From Macrostomum lignano (Eukaryota), in the NCBI GenBank assembly GCA_002269645.1, contig NIVC01000050.1, positions 18,791 through 82,790 on the forward strand: a stretch of DNA of 64,000 nt, written 5' to 3'. The position numbers and the translations under genes were made by a program. This document shows, in pieces, positions 54,184-64,000 of the stretch. Every line of letters starts with the position of its first letter. Within the stretch, counting starts at the first letter, position 1. A model generated the notes under the pieces. That model did not search any database and had not been told where the DNA came from. It saw only the letters and a list, made by a program, of their open reading frames with translations.

Positions 54184-57100
54184 GGTTTCCTACTGTTGTA
54201 ATTCAATGCATACAAACTGATCTTAAATAACGTATATAAAGTTATTTTCGTTACGTGTCGGCAACAACAACAAATCAAGTGCCGCATCAAGTGCCGTTCA
54301 AGTTCAGTGCCACACGCTATCGGCTTCTCTGCCCACTGACTGACAGAAGATTAACAAGTTTCTTCATTTCCTTCTGCAACAACAAGCATCGATGGCACGC
54401 GGAAGAAATTCTCAGATCTGAGAAATCAAGAGAATTCTTCCCGAAAGCAGAAAAGAGAAATATTTCCCTTCTTAAGACAAGGATCGGGAGAGTTATCCTG
54501 TTGTACTATACAAGTGTGGGGGGATTAACAAGAATCGGAAGAGAAAGAGGAGAAAAAGGGATTAACAATCTGGCAGAGATAGATAGATAGATAGGCGTAA
54601 AGTAAAGCTAACCAACTCCGAATGCATTTCTTAATCTCGCAGCATCCACGGTTTTTGGCTTTTGACAGTATTGGATTAGATCGAGTGGGTTGAGCTTGCA
54701 TGGATATATACATGTAGTTAAAGCAGACTTTCGAGGGTGAGCTATTGGATATCGGCTATTGGATAATTTCACTCGCTCTTAAAATCGACGCGTGCTGTTC
54801 TGCAGTTGCTCTTGGGTCGGATTGTTGATTGGGGAACGACCCCTTGCAAATCTGTGAAATATTCTTTCAGAAAAATTAGTTCCCATCAGTTGAGTCGGAT
54901 TGCAGGTCCCCAAAGAGAATTTTTTAACTGATTGCTTTGACATACGCGCATAGTTTGTAAAAAGTTGCGCCGAGATTTTCAGTTCAGTTCGTTTACGAGA
55001 ATTTTCATCCGATTTCATTGCCTATTAGACTGCAGAGATGATAAAAAGAGTAAAAATGCTTTTTGTACTGCTTACAAAGAATAGTAGCAGCTGATTTTCG
55101 TCTATACATACAGCGAGGAAGCCAATCTCGACGGCTGTGAATGGAGAACGCGAAGTTCGCGAACTTAAAGTTGCAACGTTTGCAAACAATTGGTACAGCT
55201 GTAACCTACAATGTAACTACTCGTAACTCTGCAAAATGTTATAGTAATTCCACCCCGAAACCATGAGGCAAACTTTTCCCAAATCTTCATGCAGCCCCAG
55301 AAGTGACGCAATTCAGACCAACGCCAGAGGTTCTCGCAAGGACGCTGGCGTAAAAATACTAAATACTACTAAATACTAACTTACGCCACGTTAATGGTTG
55401 GAAATTCTAGAAAAGACCGGCCCTTGCTTTAGCTAAATTAAATGTATATGTGATGGCAATGAAGCCTTTTCGATCAAATAAAGAAGTAAATGTTTAATAA
55501 TTGTTGTTGTTACTCGTATGAATAGTCCTTTGGGTTCTCGTCTACTGCGGGTGATGCAAGTGCAAAGCAAGTTTGATATCTTGGTGACGATGCATGCACC
55601 TGTTTCGGTGTGGAAATTCTAACATATTGCTGAGTGTATATGCCCTGCATAGATCGAGTGCTACTATATCGCGTCGTGATACAGTATTACGTCCATTGTG
55701 AGATCTACATTTAACCACTTCTGCCCCTCAAGCCTATGCACTCTCTCTGAGAAAAACCGTTGGCTGCAGAGCAGCCATAGACATCTGCATCTACCCACAA
55801 GCAGCCACAGCATTCACTCTTTGAAAATCCGCTGGCTGCAGAGTAGCCATAGATTCACTAAAGAGCTGTGTAATATGGGTGCTGTTTTTTATGGCTGCTC
55901 TGCAAGCCACAAAAGTGTTTTCTCAGAGTGAGTGGCAGGGTGCCGCTGGTGCTGGTCATAGACAGCTGTGGCTGCGGGCATTCAGCAGATGGCAGATGGC
56001 TGCAGAGCAGCCAGCGGGTTTGAAGGTGTTAATTAGAGCACTGCCAGTATATGTACTGAAGACTTTATTCCTCTTATTCATATGTGGATTCATCATTCAT
56101 ACATACATTCATACATTCATATATGTACAATAAACTCTCAGTATGCATCTCAAAACTACTCAATTCTTCACAAAACCAATTATTCAACTGCGGAAAACCC
56201 TAATTATTAGCTTACTAGAATCTGACCGAAATATGAATACTCGAAAAATTTAATCCTTACAAACTACGTTATAAATCTTATTAAAGCTCAATCTTTCTAC
56301 AGGCACATATGCATACAAAATGCATGTGGTACATGTAGATTGTCTACTTTGTGCCTGTGGGCCTTGTCTGAGCAGGCCCACAGGCACAAAGTAATGCGTT
56401 ATTAATTGGTCTATTGCAAAAAAGATGTTTTTCCATACTCATGTTTTCCTTGTTTTATGCAACATACGTGTATTTAAACTTTTTTTCAATATGCAATATT
56501 CAATATTTAATAGAATTTTTATTTAAAAAGCAATTAACATTATTCGTTTTGCTATGTTCGTAAAGCAAGAGAGCGTTTTTGTTTATATGTAGGCTTGTTG
56601 TTTTGATTTGTCAGTTTCTATGAACGCCAGAAACGCCAGAAAGTAAGGGTTAAAACGCGAAGCGAAGGCCACCCACTCGTCGACCAGACGTCAATATGAG
56701 AGATTGCGTTAACGCAAGCTTGCTAACACCAAACCTGACCAATAAAAAACGTGCAATGTATCACAACTGCGCACTTATTTCATCAGACTTCTAGTCAGTT
56801 GCGTGTCTGTTTGATTAGGCTACCAGTTTATGCTTTTATATAGGCCTAATACAGCTAATAATAGCATTTCAATCAGGGTGTTTTTGCGATTTATGGCATA
56901 TGCCATTCTATATATATTTGGGTAGTTTATTGGCTATCTTACTTTGTCACTTTCTCACTCACTTTATATCTTACTGTGACTTCATAAGTGATATAAATTA
57001 CTGTATAAATTGTTATTGGTAAAAAATTTTACAGAACCAAATTAGGCTACTTTATATTTTTCTATACTTTAATTTGAAAAATTGATTCAAAATTCAAAAC

Positions 57101-57215
57101 TACTCAGCAATTGTCAAACAAATTCCAATCAAGTACTTGACATTAATTTTTACTTGTCCAAAATCAAAGCTTCATTGAACTATAGGCCCTAACTTTCAAT
57201 TTTAATAGTCAAATG

Positions 57216-57807
57216 CCATAGTCTGGATCATGCTGGACTTATGCCGGAGGAAAAATCCAACATTTTTTGGCACTTATGCCAGACTTACGCCAACCAAAAA
57301 AGTCCCTCTGACTTACGCCACCCAAAAAAGGTCCCTCACAATTCTTGTGAATAGAATAAAATAGAATAGAATAGATGATTTACAATTAATCGGTGATTAA
57401 TTAACTTCAGAAGTTGCAACTGCTTAAAAATCTCACAAGTTGCAAATTCTGAATCAAGAATCAAAGTAAGCATCTTGAAGCTAAAAAAACTTTTGCTATC
57501 CTACAATAGATATTCTGCTATCTCATTTATACGAACTGCAATATTTTAATGAACTTTGTTTTAATGCTGCTCTTTAACATCATAATTAATGCAAATGTGT
57601 AATGTTCTATAGTGATACATTTGATCGTGAATGATCTCATTTGTGCCAACATTTATACCACTTGATTTATGCCATGTACTTATGCCAAGCACTTATGCCA
57701 AGGCACATTTTGGCCTATACTTACGCCAAGCACTTACGCCAGCCTCCGATCCCAAACCAGATTTACGCCGGAGATCTCTAGCATAAATGACATGATCCGG
57801 ACTATGG
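57216..57807. mobile_element. Non-autonomous DNA transposon (MITE), 592 bp
   Basis: 17-bp TIR CCATAGTCYGGATCATG (16/17 match); perfect 8-bp TSD GTCAAATG (57208-57215 and 57808-57815); subterminal YTTAYGCC repeats at both ends. Confidence 0.92.
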
Positions 57808-58452
57808 GTCAAATGTAAAAGAGCAATCAGCAATGTAGCATAAAACTAACAATAATAGGGCCTACTAATACTAAGGCCTAATATATTTAGCATTGTCAAT
57901 ACTGGAGATGAGAGAGATTTTGTGATTTTTAGTTCAATAGGAATAGAAACAATATTGAGGTAGGGCGAAGGAAGTTTTTAGGGAGATTTGGTAGTTGGTA
58001 GGATTGTCCGGTGGTCGCTAGATTTAATGTCGAGTATGAACGGCTCAGGCCTTCGAATTGGCGCCGTCGTTAATTCGCACAGATTAAATCCGGAAAATTT
58101 GTGTGGACGAATCCCAGTTAAAATGTCTCATAGTCCAGATACTCCGACTGCCGGGGTCCTCAATCCCGGGGGAGGGTAGTTTTAGTCGTAGGTGAGCAGT
58201 CTTCGTTGGCGCGAGCATTCAGAGCAGGTCCTCAGACACCGAATTTATCGTATCTCGTATGTTTGACTTAACTTGTTACTAACAGTAGAGTAGCGCTGCC
58301 ACCACCATAATTCGCATATTATGGAACGTTAGGGTCTCAGAGCTTGCTTCAAGATGAGACTAGGTTGTTTTATGCCCCACAGGCAAATGACTCAAAATAA
58401 GCTAGGCTTCGGGTTATTAATGAGAAAATTAATGTTAGATCAACTGTTTTAT

Positions 58453-61222
58453 TAAAAGTTCAGCGACAAGATACTAAGTTAATAAGTTCAACGGAGAAAA
58501 TAGCTTGGCGTGTGTGCAAAATCAACTAAGAGTAGCAAATAGTAGAGGGGACCGAACCCTACTCCGGCAGATGATTGGCTGGTGCCACAGTGCACGACTG
58601 GATAAAATAAACGACTTAATGCTAGTTGTAAATAAGTTGGGCAGATTAGAGATTGAAAATGCAAAAGATGGACAAATGGGGTCAAACATTGGTGGCAAAA
58701 GGTGGTCACGGGGTCCAAGCAACGAACAGACAAAATTAACAAGGAAAGATAGGCCAATAAACAAAGTTTCCAAAGGAGGGACACAAAAGACCAGAAAAAG
58801 GAGTGGGAAAACCATCGCAAGAATGGGGAAAACTGACGGAATAAACCAACAACTGGGGCACAGGGTGGACACAGAGGACCAAAAACTGGAGACAGCGGGA
58901 ATGGGTCAAAAGGTGGTTTAATAAGTCACATAAAATAATATTAAATTTAGAAACTAAAATAATAAAGTTCATTAGATTGTTAGTGGCAGCCCCCAACTGC
59001 CACAGTCTCGGGGGAGCCGTACCTTTTTCAAAATCTTCGGACCTCCCGGTCCTCATTGGTAGCATCCTTGATGGGCGACGGCGCGTCCTCCGCGATTGGC
59101 TGGCCGGGTGCCACGGGGCGGGCCTCCGTTCGCAGCAGCCAAGTCGGCAGTCGGCAGGGCCGGGGCCAGCTGCGCACTGTTCGAGGCCAAGGTCGATGGG
59201 GCTGGGCGCAACGGCCAGCCCACAAGCTGCACTTGGCCATCGACGTACAGCAGTCGCTCAGAGCGCTTGGCCACAGCCACGTCCCAAAAGATACATAGAC
59301 GGGGAATACATCCGTTGGCGAGATGGCCTGCCTCCCAATAGCCAATGGCTAGAAAGAGTGCCAGGGCCGGACGCTGGGTTCCTCCGCACTGTAACAAGCA
59401 GATCTCGGCTTGGCGCAGTTGTTCATCAAGCAGATCGTGGGTGTGCTTGGGCCGCATCAGCTTCAGTAAGATGTGCCAGGGTGCGTCAAGCTGAATTCGC
59501 CCTTGCCGGGACGACTGTCTCCGGGCTTCATCGAGTTCTGTTTTTAGCCATTGACAGATGGGAGCTGCGCCAGTCAGAGTGGCTGATAAAGTCCGCAGCT
59601 CCTTGGGTTCTCCTATGCAGAGCCAGGGTGCTTGAGCAGATGGGGTTCGGGTGCCGGCGTCGGTGGCTAGCAGCTCCCAGGTTGGCGTTGTTGTTCATAT
59701 TGATAGCAGACTTGCAGCTGATAGTCGGCAGATAAATAAGCAGTGGATAATAAGCAAAAGGGATTAATATACAATAGGGATATTTATGTACAAAGAGTTT
59801 GCAATTTATAGCGAAACAAATGAAAATAGCTTAGAAATTGTCTAAAAGTTCAGCGACAAGATACTAAGTTAATAAGTTCAACGGAGAAAATAGCTTGGCG
59901 TGTGTGCAAAATCAACTAAGAGTAGCAAATAGTAGAGGGACCGAACCCTACTCCGGCAGATGATTGGCTGGTGCCGCAGTGCACGACTGGATAAAATAAA
60001 CGACTTAATGCTAGTTGTAAATAAGTTGGGCAGATTAGAGATTGAAAATGCAAAAGATGGACAAATGGGTCAAACATTGGTGGCAAAAGGTGGTCACGGG
60101 GTCCAAGCAACGAACAGACAAAATTAACAAGGAAAGATAGGCCAATAAACAAAGTTTCCAAAGGAGGGACACAAAAGACCAGAAAAAGGAGTGGGAAAAC
60201 CATCGCAAGAATGGGGAAAACTGACAGAATAAACCAACAACTGGGGCACAGGGTGGACACAGAGGACCAAAAACTGGAGACAGCGGGAATGGGTCAAAAG
60301 GTGGTTTAATAAGTCACATAAAATAATATTAAATTTAGAAACTAAAATAATAAAGTTCATTAGATTGTTAGTGGCAGCCCCCAACTGCCACAGTCTCGGG
60401 GAGCCGTACCTTTTTCAAAATCTTCGGACCTCCCGGTCCTCATTGGTAGCATCCTTGATGGGCGACGGCGCGTCCTCCGCGATTGGCTGGCCGGGTGCCA
60501 TGGGCGGGCCTCCGTTCGCAGCAGCCAAGTCGGCAGTCGCGGGGCCGGGGCCAGCTGCGCACTGTTCGAGGCCAAGGTCGATGGGGCTAGGCGCAACGGC
60601 CAGCCCACAAGCTGCACTTGGCCATCGACGTACAGCAGTCGCTCAGAGTGCTTGGCCACGGCCACATCCCAAAAGATACATAGACGGGGAATCCATCCGT
60701 TGGCGAGATGGCCTGCCTCCCAATAGCCAATGGCTAGAAAGAGTGCCAGGCCGGACGCTGGTTCCTCCGCACTGTAACAAGCAGATCTCGGCTTGGCGCA
60801 GTTGTTCATCAAGCAGATCGTGGGTGTGCTTGGGCCGCATCAGCTTCAGTAAGATGTGCCAGGGTGCGTCAAGCTGAATTCACCTCGCCGGGACGCCTGT
60901 CTCCGGGCTTCATCGAGTTCTGTTTTTAGCCATTGACAGATGGGAGCTGCGCCAGTCAGAGTGGCTGATAAAGTCCGCAGCTCTCGGTTCTCCTATGCAG
61001 AGACAGGGTGCTTGAGCAGATGGGGGTTCGGTGCCAGCGTCGGGTGGCTAGCAGCTCCCAGGTTGGCGTTGTTGTTCATATTGATAGCAGACTTGCAGCT
61101 GATAGTCGGCAGATAAATAAGCAGTGGATAATAAGCAAAAGGGATTAATATACAATGGTATATTTATGTACAAAGAGTTTGCAATTTATAGCGAAACAAA
61201 TGAAAATAGCTTAGAAATTGTC
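58453..61222. repeat. Tandem duplication of ~1.39 kb (58453-59842 and 59843-61222)
   Basis: Both copies start TAAAAGTTCAGCGACAAG and end TTAGAAATTGTC; they differ by several substitutions and many 1-nt indels. Confidence 0.95.
59053..59694 (-). CDS. Putative accessory ORF of the retroelement (213 open codons; first ATG at 59457); disrupted second copy at ~60430-61080
   Basis: GC-rich open frame within AT-rich flanks; globular-looking translation (APWHILLKLMRPKH..LFLAIGYWEAGH..LCIFWDV..LLYVDGQVQLVGW); no recognisable domain. Confidence 0.45.
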   Translation of the reverse strand, partial: TTTPTWELLATDAGTRTPSAQAPWLCIGEPKELRTLSATLTGAAPICQWLKTELDEARRQSSRQGRIQLDAPWHILLKLMRPKHTHDLLDEQLRQAEICLLQCGGTQRPALALFLAIGYWEAGHLANGCIPRLCIFWDVAVAKRSERLLYVDGQVQLVGWPLRPAPSTLASNSAQLAPALPTADLAAANGGPPRGTRPANRGGRAVAHQGCYQ

Positions 61223-62422
61223 GCACAAAGGCAGAATCAAAGTTAACCGATTTGGGGCCTGAGAAAATGAAACGCATCCTTAAATACTTTTCAACAGGCC
61301 AGGTTTTTGGCCAGCAGGGCCAAAAGCTGGGTAATAACAGATTCACCACCCCCCGCCGCGCACTCCAATTGAGGTTACGCAGAGAAACTGGGGGGAAAGG
61401 GAGGAGTCATAAAAATTGGTAAACCACGAGATAGGGGTGCGGTGCCGCCTTGTCTAAAAATCTTAGGCTGGGCTTCGGATTGATAAAAACGAGAAGGCCC
61501 CAATTGGGCTCACAAGAACAGGGGTCGCTTGTGAAACTATAGAGTTGCAAACACAAGTTTTAGAATTACACAAATGGTGGCAAAAGAACAAAATCAAGGT
61601 GCCTAACCAACATTTATATAGAAATAGCAGAATAAGAGATAATAACTGAAAAAAAGGCATGCAGGTCTCCGTAAGGAGCTATACAAACAGAGGGGAGGAA
61701 AGGCACTGGGAAGATTTTCCCAGGCTCGGCTCAATCGGAACAGAAAATGGGAGCCTCGATTCACCATGGCCTTGAACAAAGAGGGCCTGATCCGGGTGTG
61801 GCAGGACAGAGAGTTAAACCGACTGGTTGAAAAGTACCTTTAGTTTGAAAACTGAGCTGAGAAGGTTTTACAAAGAAATTTAAAAATTGTTATGCAATTA
61901 TGTTACAAAGATGAGCAAAAATTTCAGCACTTTGGGCATGTGCGAAGAAATTATAGCTAAATTTCACAGAACAGCAAGGGGAAATTCACGCAAAGCTGTA
62001 GTATTGCAGGTGGATAAATAGAGGTGCATTAGTGCGGGCTTTTACCGGAAAGCCTAAGGCTAAATATAAGGGTGCAGGCTTATCATAATGCATCGCATAA
62101 GCATGAGCACGTAGAAACATAGCTTATAGCTTTTATCCGGAAAGCTTAAGGAGAGGGAATGAAACCGCTTTGACAGGAAGCAAAGGTTACATTAAAGAAT
62201 CTGCTTTTACCCTCAAGCATAAGGTTTACAGTAGAGAAATTGCTTTTTCCTTCAAGCATAAGGTTTACAGTAGAGAAATTTGAAGTAACCTTCAGCACAT
62301 TAGTGGGTGCAGAGAAGGTTTTACAGTGGCAGGGAAAATAAACGCATTCGCAAATGTGACTATTGACAGTAGTGCGCAGAATAAAATTCGCAGAAAAAGG
62401 CGCATATGGAGAAATTTCGCGG

Positions 62423-64000
62423 TTAATTACCTTGAATTTTGACCTCCATTCCAATGTCTGGCAGGTCCGGATCGTCTTCTTCTAGCACTTTGGGATGGCG
62501 CAGGCTCGACTCAAAGAGCTGGCTGCCTTGCAGATCAGGCTGAGCAGCGGTCTGCGGCTCCGGTGCGGGCTGATTAACTGAATCTGTTTCGCTTTCCTTG
62601 CTGGACTCGTAGGGCAACATCGCCGTTCAGTTTGTTGCGGCGGCTCCTGCGGTCGTTCAGCATTGTTTGCGGCACTTTGATAATATTGTTCCAGTGTACA
62701 AGCACTTCAGTTGGGCATCCTCGTGCTGTGGCAGGTCTGATCCAATAGGCAACTTTGCCAACTTTCTTCACAACTTTATACATGCTCTTATATGGCCAGT
62801 GAAACTTGGGCAACTCTCCCAGCTTGAGCTTCGGTTGGCCAGGCAGACAAGATCTCCGGGCTGCAGTTCCACAGGTTTTGGCTGGTTCTCATAGTACTCT
62901 TCTCGCATTGGATTTCTGCTCTCAGTCGCTGTCTCACAATACGTTCAGTTTTGGCCAGTCTACGCTGATGTTTGGCAATGTACTCCGGGAGTCAGCTGAT
63001 ATGTCTAGGCGGTCCAGGGTGTTGTCGATAGGATATTGGTAGGGCACTCCATAAACAACATAGTGCAGCGAGAACCCGTAGTACAATTGACAGCAGATCT
63101 TAGTGCAGTCAAAGCGGCTGGCAGCATCTTGTCCCACTGTGATGATCTTCTAGGAGACAGGTGAGCACCTTCTTAATATTCTTCTTACACGATTCGGCTT
63201 GTCCGTTTGCCCAGGGCGAGTATGGCGGCGTCGTTGTCTGCCTGATGCCGTAGACTTCGCAGAAGTGTCGGAACTCATGCCTGTAAACTGCTTGCCTTGA
63301 TCTGAATGAATCCAAGCAGGGATTCTGGTGATTGGAAAGACTTGCTCTTGCAGGAGCGTGATTATTGTTTTGGCACGCTGGTTCTTCATGGCGAAGGTAA
63401 AGGGTACTTCGAGGTGGTGTCGACATAGGTGAAGATGTACTTCTTGCCTTGATTTGTCGGATCTCCAGTGGGGCCCAGGATGTCGATCGCGCATCGCCCA
63501 TAGATTTTGCAGACCGGGAACGATTGTACATGTGCCGGAATTCGTTGCCGTCCTTTCTTAAAGTGCAGGTCTAGCAGGAAGCAACGTAGTCGGACACTGC
63601 TTTGGCCAAGGCAGGTCGCCAGAATCTTTCGCACACTTTAGTGATGGTAAGGTCTCGGCCCATGTGTCTGCAGTAGGCGAACCATGCAAGTCGGCAAACA
63701 CGGTGGCATCGAGACTCTTGGCAGGATGATTTGCGCTTTGTCCTCTTCTCCGATATTGTCGAGATGTATAACCAATAGTCCATCGTCTCGGACTTCTAAT
63801 TGCTCATAAAATGCTACAGATTTCGCTTGTCTCTTGTCATGTTCAGACGTTGGTTTATTGGCAGTTTCAGTTGTCGGGTTTCCAATAGATTGATCACCAT
63901 GGCGATGCAGAGTCAGCACGCTGATAGGTCTGGAGCTCCTTGCGAGTGACTGGCCTCGGGATATGATCTATTAGATTCAGAGTACGGCATCTGTCTATAG
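62423..64000 (-). pseudogene. Gypsy pol C-terminus (integrase), many frameshifts
   Basis: HMGRDLTITKVCERFWRP..VASC (zinc finger), AIDILGP, IHSDQGKQF, PYSPWANGQAES, and GPY/F-like KFHWPYKSMYKVVKKVGKVAY, spread over several frames. Confidence 0.9.

Larger units (their letters stand above)
57950..64000 (-). mobile_element. 3' part of a second Ty3/Gypsy LTR retrotransposon (left boundary approximate; continues beyond the window)
   Basis: Integrase at the right end, followed by a long 3' region; LTR limits cannot be confirmed without the 5' LTR. Confidence 0.7.

Noticed and set aside
58522-58872. Hydrophobic minus-strand ORF as a retroviral env
   Set aside because: Hydrophobicity follows from T-rich composition; no furin site or fusion peptide; the frame is broken in the duplicate copy

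Overview
Eukaryotic, intron-rich, extremely minisatellite-rich DNA; the repeat style, poly-Q/poly-A proteins and gene content suggest a free-living flatworm such as Macrostomum (inference, not proven). No rRNA, tRNA or CRISPR feature was found. Five host genes can be supported: the last exon of proteasome beta-6 (285-565); a signal-peptide/Ig-like/GCC2-GCC3/TM receptor-like gene (7054-~12661); a 4-exon START-domain protein (16125-18304); a 4-exon poly-Q protein with an unnamed beta-rich domain (21318-24110); and an intronless B-type muscarinic acetylcholine receptor (27385-29868, minus). Mobile DNA: a very young, nearly intact Mag-type Gypsy element (1851-6434); a solo LTR with a perfect 5-bp TSD (8643-8877); three MITE-like elements (18347-18764, 30015-30762, 57216-57807); and the 3' part of a second Gypsy element (~57950-64000) with a frameshifted integrase and a tandemly duplicated 1.39-kb segment carrying an unexplained extra reading frame. 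About 30 mostly unrelated tandem-repeat arrays fill introns and intergenic space; nearly all long ORFs over them are artefacts. The best leads are the Ig/GCC membrane protein, the unnamed beta-rich domain protein and the retroelement accessory ORF. I do not see firm evidence for a wholly new system.
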